Positions 9,372 to 16,910 are shown, counted from the stretch's first letter. The stretch: DNA of 61,022 nucleotides from an uncultured Candidatus Saccharibacteria bacterium (GCA_964486155.1 CAZAKQ010000003.1:1-61022); one strand, 5' to 3'. Made by a program: numbers and translations. Notes: generated by a model from the letters alone, not told the origin.

Positions 9372-9391
9372 TTATCTAATAACCTAATAAA

Positions 9392-9709
9392 ATGACTTTA
9401 AGACAAAATAAAGTAAAAGAAAATATTCGAAATATAATAGCTCAATTTTTGGAAACTGAATCTAATAGAACTTCTATGATCACAGCTACAGATGCTAATG
9501 TTTCTAAAGACTTAAAAAAAGCAACAATCTTTGTTTCTGTTTTGCCTGAATCAGAAGAAGAATCAGCTTTAAATTTTTTGAAAAGGAAACGAAGTGATGC
9601 TAGAAATTATCTTCGAAATAGATTAGATATGAGGACTATTCCCTTCTTAGATTTTGAATTAGATTATGGAGAAAAAAATCGCCAAAGAATTGACGAACTA
9701 TCCCAATAA
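9392..9709 (+). CDS. rbfA: Ribosome-binding factor A
   Basis: The ORF is 105 aa and sits directly after infB, the conserved infB-rbfA order. It has an RbfA-like KH-fold sequence (ATIFVSVL...). Confidence 0.85.
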   Translation: MTLRQNKVKENIRNIIAQFLETESNRTSMITATDANVSKDLKKATIFVSVLPESEEESALNFLKRKRSDARNYLRNRLDMRTIPFLDFELDYGEKNRQRIDELSQ

Positions 9710-9736
9710 TCGTAGAATATAAAAAACCATAACAAT

Positions 9737-9809
9737 GGCCATGTGGTGAAGTAGTTAACACGACGGTCTGCAAAACCGTTATGCGTGGGTGCAAATCCCA
9801 CCATGGCCT
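9737..9809 (+). tRNA. tRNA-Cys(GCA)
   Basis: The sequence reads GGCCATG..ACGGT-CTGCAAA-ACCGT..GTGGG-TGCAAAT-CCCAC-CATGGCC-T. The discriminator is U73. No CCA is encoded. Confidence 0.9.
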
Positions 9810-9834
9810 CAAGAATTTTCGCCAGAAAATATCT

Positions 9835-9973
9835 CTGGTAGGATTTGCACGGAACTTTTTCGCCGTAGGATTAAGAAAAAGTCTGAGGTTTTGGGGGAAG
9901 TTTGTGAGTATATCGTGAATACTTGGAACGATACGAACAAACTGGAGGAAAAAAATTCCCACCATGGCCTCAA
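9835..9973 (+). ncRNA. tRNA-Cys-linked shadow unit (inverted 3'-half copy ... direct copy of the tRNA 3' end)
   Basis: ctggtaggatttgcacgg (9835-9852) is a degenerate reverse complement of the tRNA-Cys T-arm and acceptor. tcccaccatggcctcaa (9957-9973) exactly repeats 9796-9812. The two ends can pair (TGGTAGGA with TCCCACCA). Confidence 0.4.
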
Positions 9974-10024
9974 AAAAGTTGAGTATTTTGAAAAATAGTA
10001 TAAAATAAGAAAAATGCCTGGGTG

Positions 10025-10106
10025 GTGGAATTGGTATACACGCAGCACTTAAAATGCTGTCTCTTCGGGGATGCGGGTTCGACTCCCGCCCCAGGCACAA
10101 AAAAGA
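10025..10106 (+). tRNA. tRNA-Leu(TAA), class II
   Basis: The sequence reads GCCTGGG..CAGCA-CTTAAAA-TGCTG..long variable arm..GCGGG-TTCGACT-CCCGC-CCCAGGC-A. Confidence 0.9.
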
Positions 10107-10154
10107 AAACATTAATTATTTAAATTAAGGTTTTTCTTTTTGTTTCCTGCAGGA

Positions 10155-10177
10155 CGGGAGTCGAACGGTGATAGAAA
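10155..10177 (+). repeat. Inverted partial copy of the tRNA-Leu T-arm and acceptor
   Basis: cctgcaggacgggagtcgaacgg contains cgggagtcgaac, the reverse complement of the tRNA-Leu T-arm. It is separated from the tRNA by the 10107-10151 hairpin. Confidence 0.55.
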
Positions 10178-10193
10178 AACTATAAAAAAGTCC

Positions 10194-10266
10194 TCCGTCC
10201 ATAGCTCAGACGGTAGAGCAGCAGCCTCTTAAGCTGACGGTCGCAGGTTCGATCCCTGCTGGGCGG
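10194..10266 (+). tRNA. tRNA-Lys(CTT)
   Basis: The sequence reads CCGTCCA-TA-GCTC..GAGC..CTCTTAA loop..GCAGG-TTCGATC-CCTGC-TGGGCGG-A. The C1-G72 pair is unusual. Confidence 0.8.
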
Positions 10267-10284
10267 ACAATTAAAAATAAAAAT

Positions 10285-10317
10285 AAAACGGGTCACTAGT
10301 GACCCGTTTTATTTTTT
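10285..10317 (+). terminator. Intrinsic terminator after the tRNA cluster
   Basis: aaaacgggtcactagtgacccgtttt is followed by a T-run. Confidence 0.8.
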
Positions 10318-10323
10318 TGTTAA

Positions 10324-10482
10324 TTATTTTTTACCTTCTTTGTGAATAGTGTGTTTTTTACACCATTTACAATATTTCTTGATTTCAATTTTATCAACTA
10401 TTAGTTTTTTATTTTTACTTGACCAATAATTTATTCTTTTACATTTTTGGCAAGCTAATTTGATTAATCTATCTTGTGACAT
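10324..10482 (-). CDS. rpmG: 50S ribosomal protein L33 (zinc-ribbon type)
   Basis: This 52-aa ORF is not in the ORF track. It reads MSQDRLIKLACQKCKRINYWSSKNKKLIVDKIEIKKYCKWCKKHTIHKEGKK, with CxxC...CxxC and the KNK/KKYC/KHT L33 pattern. Confidence 0.85.
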   Translation of the reverse strand: MSQDRLIKLACQKCKRINYWSSKNKKLIVDKIEIKKYCKWCKKHTIHKEGKK

Positions 10483-10691
10483 GACTGATTTTTAAGGAGT
10501 TAGCGACTTTAAAAATCGTTATCCAACTCTACTTTTATTTATTATTTATTAATACTTTATTTATTAACAGCTTATTTCTATCAAAGTCAAAATAAAATCT
10601 AAATGATAAAAGTAGGGCTGGGTATTTTTGTTTGATTAAGTATGCAGACTATTATATATAAAAATAGATAAAAATCAATGTTTTTTAATTG

Positions 10692-10763
10692 CGGGCCTAG
10701 CAGGACTCGAACCTGCAGTCCTGGTTTTGGAGACCAGTGGTTTACCAGTTAACCGATAGACCC
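10692..10763 (-). tRNA. tRNA-Trp(CCA)
   Basis: The reverse complement reads GGGTCTA..CTGGT-CTCCAAA-ACCAG..GCAGG-TTCGAGT-CCTGC-TAGGCCC-G. Confidence 0.9.
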
Positions 10764-10806
10764 AATTTACAACTAGCACTATCTTATCAAACTTTTACTG
10801 TTTTTT

Positions 10807-12426
10807 CTACAAAAACAACTTAACTAACTTAATATCTTCCCAAGATATATTATCAGGGAGAGCTTTTTTGATTGGGCTTAATTTATCTCCACCTACTTTT
10901 TTCCAAACTTTTAATATTTTATCAAAATTTTCTATATCATCTTTTATATATTCAAAATTTACTCGAGTGTCTTCTTTTTCTTCCGCTAATTTTTCTAAAT
11001 GATTTATTATAGTAGAAAGAGTTAAATTTCTTTCTCGGGCGATATCTTCTAGTATCATTTCTTTAATTATCATTTCTTTGGTAATATCATAGGTAGAAAT
11101 TTTGTTTTCAGTAAAATCTTTTACAGCTGAATTTTCTATAAAATTTTCTTGAATTTCTTTTGATTTAGACTCTGTTTCTAGTCTTAAAACAACTCTCTTA
11201 GATTCTTTTCTTAATTCAGTATCAAAATCTAAAATTTCAGAATCAACCTGGAGAGCAGTATTGTTAATACCCTTTAAATATAAGCCATCTAATGATTTAA
11301 CTCGAGATAATGCCACATAACCCATTCCTGCGACAAAAGACTTTGAAAGGTCAATTTCAGCTAAATCAAGACTCATTCCTTGGCTTTTATGGATTGTAAT
11401 AGCCCAAGCTAATCGTAAAGGTATTTGAGTAATTTTAGCTTTTATTTTTCCTTCTTCTTCAATGTGCCAAGTTTCATCTTCTACTAAAATTTCTTTACCA
11501 CTGTAAGTTTCTACTATTGGTTTTCCTCCACTAAAATCTATAATTGTTCCCAAAGTTCCATTTACAAAATCCTTTTCAAAATTATTTTTTATAAACATTA
11601 CGACTGCCCCTTTTTTAAGATGTAACTCTTCCTGTGCTAAACAAGATTTTTTTAAAGATTCTACCAACTTTTTATTTCCAGTGTTTTTCATTCTAAATAT
11701 AATAGGATATTCTTCAATTTTGTCTAATTCTTGCATATTTAAAAGATCTACATCTTGATTGTGAGTATATAATTTTGTGGGAGTAAATTTGTATTTGTCA
11801 TATTGTTGTCGTTCTTGTAATAATTTCCAAGTTTGTTCCCCTACTTCATTATCTCTAATTTCATTTAAAATCTTTAATAAAGAATCTCCATCATTTTGTC
11901 TGTATTGTTCTTCCAAATAACAAATATTTAAATCCATATTTTTCCAGATATTTGATTTATAAGCAAAATTAGTTTCTTCCCCAGTTTTGTTAATAGGTGG
12001 TAATTGAAAAAAATCTCCACATAAAATAATTTGCATTCCACCAAAAGGTTCTTCGTTATGTTTAAAGGCGCGACAAATAATATCAATAGCATCTAATTGA
12101 AAAGAATGAAGCATTGAAATTTCATCAATAATTAAAACTTGAGCATATTTAAATCTTCTTTTTAAATAAGCTTTTTCTAAAAGAGATTCTATATCTATGG
12201 CTGATAATTTATCTTTAATCCCTAAACCAGACCAAGAATGAATAGTTACTCCATTCATATGGGTTGCCGCAATTCCAGTAGAGGCAGTCACTCTGACTGG
12301 CACTTTTTTAGACTTTAAAAAATTTATATATTGATTTAAAAGATAAGTTTTTCCTGATCCAGCGGGACCAGTTAAAAATACATTTTTCCCCATTTTTAAG
12401 ATATCTAAAGCTTCTGATTGTTTCAT
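10807..12426 (-). CDS. PIF1/RecD-family (SF1B) DNA helicase with a C-terminal helical/HTH tail
   Basis: The ORF is 539 aa. It has Walker A GPAGSGKT, the LIIDEISM motif, and the ITIHKSQG and YVALSRV blocks typical of the AAA_30/UvrD_C_2 architecture. Confidence 0.85.
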   Translation of the reverse strand: MKQSEALDILKMGKNVFLTGPAGSGKTYLLNQYINFLKSKKVPVRVTASTGIAATHMNGVTIHSWSGLGIKDKLSAIDIESLLEKAYLKRRFKYAQVLIIDEISMLHSFQLDAIDIICRAFKHNEEPFGGMQIILCGDFFQLPPINKTGEETNFAYKSNIWKNMDLNICYLEEQYRQNDGDSLLKILNEIRDNEVGEQTWKLLQERQQYDKYKFTPTKLYTHNQDVDLLNMQELDKIEEYPIIFRMKNTGNKKLVESLKKSCLAQEELHLKKGAVVMFIKNNFEKDFVNGTLGTIIDFSGGKPIVETYSGKEILVEDETWHIEEEGKIKAKITQIPLRLAWAITIHKSQGMSLDLAEIDLSKSFVAGMGYVALSRVKSLDGLYLKGINNTALQVDSEILDFDTELRKESKRVVLRLETESKSKEIQENFIENSAVKDFTENKISTYDITKEMIIKEMILEDIARERNLTLSTIINHLEKLAEEKEDTRVNFEYIKDDIENFDKILKVWKKVGGDKLSPIKKALPDNISWEDIKLVKLFL

Positions 12427-12468
12427 AATTTAATAGTATATCACAAATTATGAACACCCCAACTGGCT

Positions 12469-12496
12469 AAACTATTCCAGTTAACTGGAATAGTTG
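12469..12496. repeat. 28-nt palindrome (a)aactattccagtt|aactggaatagttg
   Basis: It matches the perfect palindrome at 28657-28684 at 27 of 28 positions. Confidence 0.75.
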
Positions 12497-12563
12497 AACT
12501 TATCTTTATTATAATATTATATATAATATTATAATATTAATTTAGAAGATATTGGTATAAAAT

Positions 12564-12820
12564 AAAAAAAGCGCCCAGAAGACAGAAACCTTTATCTGTT
12601 CCGGGGCGCAATCCGCGAATAGCGGTTTTTTCGACAAATGATTTAAATGGAATTTCCGGTCAGAGGATTTCCCATTCTGACCTAAATCATCTGAAGTAAA
12701 AACCCTCACTGGACCGTCTTATTTTCCTGGTCCTTCTGCAAGTAAGGGTTGTTTTCAAGGGGAAAACTTTCTTTCTGCACTGATTTTTCCCCTAAGACCA
12801 ACCATCATGAGGCTGGATTT
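12564..12820 (-). ncRNA. Orphan structured RNA gene (~255 nt), class unknown
   Basis: On the minus strand there is a TTGACA -35 (12849-12854), a 16-nt spacer and a TAATAT -10 (12827-12832). The body is G+C-richer with several stems (GGGGAAAA/TTTTCCCC, GGTCAGA/TCTGACC, GATGATTTA/TAAATCATT). It ends in the terminator GCGCCC..GGGCGC followed by T7 (12564-12609). Confidence 0.55.
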
Positions 12821-12937
12821 CTATCTATATTACATTATAATAATTATTTGTCAAGCTTTATTGATAATAAATAACAAACAAAAATAAACAGCTCACCTAG
12901 GTGAGTCCTTTATTTCTATAATTTATAATTTTAAATT

Positions 12938-12957
12938 CCTGTCTGCCGACAGGCAGG
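12938..12957. repeat. G+C-rich hairpin, family 2 (cctgtctg-ccga-caggcagg)
   Basis: It has an 8-bp stem and a CCGA loop. It lies 33 nt beyond the argS stop. Confidence 0.7.
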
Positions 12958-12989
12958 TATCATTTATAATTCAAAATTTTTGATTTTGA

Positions 12990-14723
12990 CTACATTTCCT
13001 CAATAGTTTCAATTCCTAATAGTCCTAGACCATTTTTTAAAACTTGGGCACTGGCTTCTGATAAAGCTAAACGAATACCTTTTTCTTTTTCAGAAGCTTG
13101 AGTTACAGGACAATGAGCATAAAATGAATTAAATCTTTGAGCTAATTCATACAAATAATTACACATTGTGTGAGGAGAAATTTCTACTCCTGATTGATAA
13201 GCTTTTTGAGGATAACGATATAGCCATTTTAACAAACTAATTTCATATTCATTCATCCCTGAACCACTTGGGGGTGCTACCCCCAAGTGGTTTGATTTTC
13301 GGAGGATTGATTGTGCTCGGACATAAGCATACAAAATATAAGGTCCTGAATATCCTTCAAAATCTACAAATTTTTCAGGATCATAATTAACATCCTTATT
13401 AAAATCATGAGATAAAATTAAAAATTTTAAACCAGCTAGGGCCACCACTCTTGAAATTTCTATTCGTTTCTCTTCGCTGTAATCTTTCAATTCAGCGATT
13501 TTAGTTTTAGCTACTTTTAATGCTTCTTTAAGAATATCAGTTCCTTTCACATTTTTTCCTGAACGAGAACTTGTTTTCTTTCCATCCATTAACAACCAAC
13601 CAAAAGAAATATGAAAATATTTATTTTTAAATTTAGAATCTAAAGTTTCTAATATTTTAATTACAGCTTTGAAATGATCTCCCTGCTCTACTCCAGTTAA
13701 AGTTAAATTTAAAGTTAAATCAGGATAATCTTCAAATTTTTGATAACCAAGAGCTAAATCTTTAGCTAAATAAGTTGGATTTCCTTCACTGGTTTGCACT
13801 ACCCATGTATTTAAACCTTCTTTTTCTCCATCATAAATAATAGCCCCTTGGCTTTCTATAAAAATATTTTTAATATTTTTATTTACTATCGTTAAAGCAT
13901 TCTCATAAACCTGAGATTCTGGATATTGTTTGTCATAAATAACTCCTAAATCAGCAAAAACAGCTTCTTGATGTTCAAGACTCCAGTCTTTTAACTTTTC
14001 GTACATTTCAGTTGCTTCAGTTTTGTTTTTTCGATAAATGTCGGTATTAATTTTTCTTATAACTTCTTCATTTTCACTAAAATTTTGAGTAGCATAAACA
14101 TAAGCCTCGGCAATAAATTCCATTTTTTTATGTTTACCCCAAGTTTCAAAATCTTCAGGTAGTCCTTTTTCTAAAATTCCCCAAGTACTTTTAGCCGTAT
14201 GCATCCCTATATCACCGTAATAGTTTGTTTTTATTACTTTGTGACCTAAATTTTCAATTAATTTACAAATAGACAGTCCAGAAATAGTTCCTTTGATGTG
14301 TCCTACTGTAAAAGCTTTATGAGTATTTGGTTGACCAAACTCAACCATGATTTTTTTAGCTTCAGATAATTCAAATGACCCATAATTTTCTTTTTGATCT
14401 AAAATATTTTGCAATTCCGAAATATAATAATCTTTTTTAATTTTAAAGTTTATAAAACCAGGAGCAGCAATTTCTTTAATTTCTATTAAATCAGGTAAAT
14501 TAATTTTTTCAATAATTTCTTTAGCAACCTCTAAAGGATTTTTCTTTAAAGTTCCCGCCAAAACCATAGCGACATTAGTAGCATAATCTCCGTGAGATTC
14601 TTCTGCAGGATGTTCAACAACAAAATTAACACCTTTTTCTATAATTTTAGATATTTCTTGATGTAATAAATCTTTTATAGGATCAATTACTGTATTATTT
14701 TTTAAAATTTCTTGTATTTGCAT
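12990..14723 (-). CDS. argS: Arginine--tRNA ligase
   Basis: The ORF is 577 aa. It has the class I HIGH-like FTVGHIKG motif, ArgRS-specific N-terminal and anticodon-binding (DALR) domains, and a C-terminal ...IETIEEM. Confidence 0.93.
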   Translation of the reverse strand: MQIQEILKNNTVIDPIKDLLHQEISKIIEKGVNFVVEHPAEESHGDYATNVAMVLAGTLKKNPLEVAKEIIEKINLPDLIEIKEIAAPGFINFKIKKDYYISELQNILDQKENYGSFELSEAKKIMVEFGQPNTHKAFTVGHIKGTISGLSICKLIENLGHKVIKTNYYGDIGMHTAKSTWGILEKGLPEDFETWGKHKKMEFIAEAYVYATQNFSENEEVIRKINTDIYRKNKTEATEMYEKLKDWSLEHQEAVFADLGVIYDKQYPESQVYENALTIVNKNIKNIFIESQGAIIYDGEKEGLNTWVVQTSEGNPTYLAKDLALGYQKFEDYPDLTLNLTLTGVEQGDHFKAVIKILETLDSKFKNKYFHISFGWLLMDGKKTSSRSGKNVKGTDILKEALKVAKTKIAELKDYSEEKRIEISRVVALAGLKFLILSHDFNKDVNYDPEKFVDFEGYSGPYILYAYVRAQSILRKSNHLGVAPPSGSGMNEYEISLLKWLYRYPQKAYQSGVEISPHTMCNYLYELAQRFNSFYAHCPVTQASEKEKGIRLALSEASAQVLKNGLGLLGIETIEEM

Positions 14724-14756
14724 TTGTGTTATTATAACATAATAATATTAAAAAAT

Positions 14757-15050
14757 ATGAATAAGAGATTTCAGAGGAAAATAGAAGATTTTAGATGCAA
14801 AAATTGTGGAAATGAAGTAAAAGGAAATGGTTATACAAATCATTGCCCTATTTGTTTATGGAGTAGGCATGTTGATATAAATCCTGGAGACAGAGCTTCT
14901 GATTGTAAAGGATTAATGGAACCGATTAAAATTGATAAAAAAGGAGAAGAAATAATAATTACCCATAAATGTTTAAATTGCAAACATATGAAAAAAAATA
15001 AATCATCAGAGAGTGATAATTATGATGAAATTCTAAATCTTATAAATTAA
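14757..15050 (+). CDS. RNHCP zinc-ribbon domain protein
   Basis: It has FRCKNCGNEV...YTNHCPICLWSRHVD...GDRASDCKGLMEP, which matches the RNHCP pattern. I prefer the ATG at 14757 over the TTG at 14712, which overlaps the argS start. Confidence 0.65.
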   Translation: MNKRFQRKIEDFRCKNCGNEVKGNGYTNHCPICLWSRHVDINPGDRASDCKGLMEPIKIDKKGEEIIITHKCLNCKHMKKNKSSESDNYDEILNLIN

Positions 15051-15099
15051 AAAAATGGAGAAAAAATAATTTCCCCCATTTTTTGTCAGCGATTTAATT

Positions 15100-15489
15100 T
15101 TATCTATAAAACTGGCAAGAAACAAATAAATCTTTTTTAAAATTATATTTAAAAATTCTATCAGAAGGAATTGAAGAAAAAAGTAAATGGAAATGAAGTT
15201 TGTGTACAATTGCTTCGTTTACTGATAACTCTACTTCAGAATCTTTAAATATTGTTTTAACGGTAACCTCTTTTGAAAGAAAAACAGTAATCGGTTCATC
15301 TTCTTTAGAAAAAGCTATTATTAACTCTTTCTCATTTTTTAATATAAATCTCTCTTCAATCCAATGAGAAGGAACTACAAAAGCAGCCCCTTCAATTAAA
15401 AAAGTTTTTGATTCTTTATAAATTAAAGAATCACTTCTTTTTGTAGAAAAAAATTTACCAGTAGTTTTTGCTACTAATTTTTTTAACAT
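15100..15489 (-). CDS. Hypothetical protein
   Basis: The ORF is 129 aa. I recognise no motif. Confidence 0.4.
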   Translation of the reverse strand: MLKKLVAKTTGKFFSTKRSDSLIYKESKTFLIEGAAFVVPSHWIEERFILKNEKELIIAFSKEDEPITVFLSKEVTVKTIFKDSEVELSVNEAIVHKLHFHLLFSSIPSDRIFKYNFKKDLFVSCQFYR

Positions 15490-15726
15490 AAATCTTCTCC
15501 TTCAATAAAAAATTAAAGAATACAACTATACTGATATGAGAATATCTTAAAAAGTTTTTAAAGTCAATTTATATTTTTATTAAAACCTTCCCTAAAAAGT
15601 TATTGAGGAGTTGGATCTCTCAGTAACTTTGGAGGAAAAGGTTGATTTTTTTTTATTAAAATGATATTCTAAAAATAGAAAGTTAGATAATTAGATAATA
15701 AAATCTTTAAAAATAAGGAGGTTGTT

Positions 15727-15930
15727 ATGACCAAACAACAAGAAGAAATTGCAAAACAACTAATCTCAGAGTTAAAAGATACTATATCTAAAAAAAAGGA
15801 AGAAGCCAAAAAACATGTTATAGATACAGACTCTCACTTTAATACTTTTAATGAAGGGAACAAAAAATTAGAAGATTTTGTTCTTGCTTGTAATCGTGCT
15901 TTGGATTCCATGAATAGAACTTGTAAATAA
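15727..15930 (+). CDS. Hypothetical small helical protein
   Basis: The ORF is 67 aa. A strong SD (aaggagg) lies 5 nt upstream of the ATG. Confidence 0.5.
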   Translation: MTKQQEEIAKQLISELKDTISKKKEEAKKHVIDTDSHFNTFNEGNKKLEDFVLACNRALDSMNRTCK

Positions 15931-16062
15931 ATACTCAATGAATTTTCAGGATGAAGAGGTTTAAAAGATATTCTTTTAAAATTCGAAAAATAAAATGCTC
16001 ATAAAACCTTGGAAAGATTATCTTCCAAGGTTTTTGAATTTTGTAAATATTGAATATCTAAA

Positions 16063-16578
16063 TTATTCAAATAAAATAGGGATTTCTAAAGCATTATCTA
16101 AATTCTTATCATTAGAAACATTATCTTTTCTTAATATTAAAATTCCTCGTTCTCCATACTCAGGTTTTTCAAATTCTAAAGTTCCTTTAAAAGGAATAAA
16201 ATTTTCGGAATAGTCCGCCGGCTGGCGGAGAGCTGTAACATAACCTTCTACAATGATTTTCCCATCCCAATCAGTTAAAATAACAGGGAAATCTCCTTCA
16301 AAATACCAATTTCCTACAGCTTGCCCTTCTAGAACTAAAGGGCTTGATATTTTTTGATTAGGTCTAACTGAATTTAATTCAATTAAATCTTGAACTTCAA
16401 AAATATTTCCAATGTTTTCTGTATAAGTTTTATCAGTTTTTGGGTCTCGACATTTTTGGGGATAAGATTCCATTATTGGATTTCCTGCTTCAGCACAAGA
16501 AATAAAATCATTTATTTCATTATTATTTATTTTATTAAAACTACAAACCCCTACACATTGAAGTGTACAAGGAGCCAT
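16063..16578 (-). CDS. Gmad2 Ig-like domain protein; the annotated ORF is probably the 3' part of a frameshifted longer gene
   Basis: It has the Gmad2-like block SPLVLEGQAVGNWYFEGDFPVILTDWDGKIIVEGY...FIPFKGTLEF. The frame stays open upstream to 16857 with no ATG/GTG/TTG. An ATG at 16823 in another frame precedes an A6 run. Confidence 0.6.
   Translation of the reverse strand: MAPCTLQCVGVCSFNKINNNEINDFISCAEAGNPIMESYPQKCRDPKTDKTYTENIGNIFEVQDLIELNSVRPNQKISSPLVLEGQAVGNWYFEGDFPVILTDWDGKIIVEGYVTALRQPADYSENFIPFKGTLEFEKPEYGERGILILRKDNVSNDKNLDNALEIPILFE
16214..16229. repeat. Family 1 palindrome variant (tccgccggctggcgga) inside a CDS
   Basis: It lies in frame within the Gmad2 gene and encodes LRQPAD. 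Confidence 0.6.
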
Positions 16579-16910
16579 GGGGTCATTATTGTGACGGCAA
16601 GCAGATTCGCATTCAGAAAAATTACCTTTGTGTTCGTTACACCAAGTTTTGTTAGTATACTCACATTCTTTTTCTTCGTTTAACCAATTAGCTTCGGTGG
16701 CTTCACAGGCTCCTGCGATTGTGTTAATAACATTTAAATCATTTTCTTGTTTGGGTTTTAAACCATAATTATAAACAAAGAAAATAATTAAAATTATAAT
16801 TGCTATATATTCAGTTTTTTCATTATAAATTTTTTTAATTAATAAAATAATTATAGATTATAACATATTAAAGAGTTTTATTTTTATATTTTTAATATAT
16901 AATAATTTTA

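Noticed and set aside
9636-10112. ORFs 9636..10112 (-), 9789..9998 (+) and 9809..10048 (-)
   Set aside because: They run across tRNA-Cys, its shadow unit and tRNA-Leu. The open frames are a by-product of G+C-richer RNA sequence.
12508-12535. AT-only palindromes (12508-12535, 53071-98) as a specific mobile or regulatory family
   Set aside because: They are built from TATAAT-like words in a very AT-rich genome. Similarity between copies may be compositional. Only the 52679-52720 copy has a suggestive regulatory context.
12564-12820. Assignment of the orphan RNAs (12564..12820 and 49366..49657) or the 33.1-33.8 kb region to RNase P, tmRNA or SRP RNA
   Set aside because: I could not find GGAAAGUCC/ACAGAA P4 strands, tRNA-like GGGG...CCACCA ends with a tag ORF, or a GNAR loop with an AGCAGC symmetric-loop motif. 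The partial similarities (cgagtccgggc at 33672, gaaagtc at 33254) are out of the required order.
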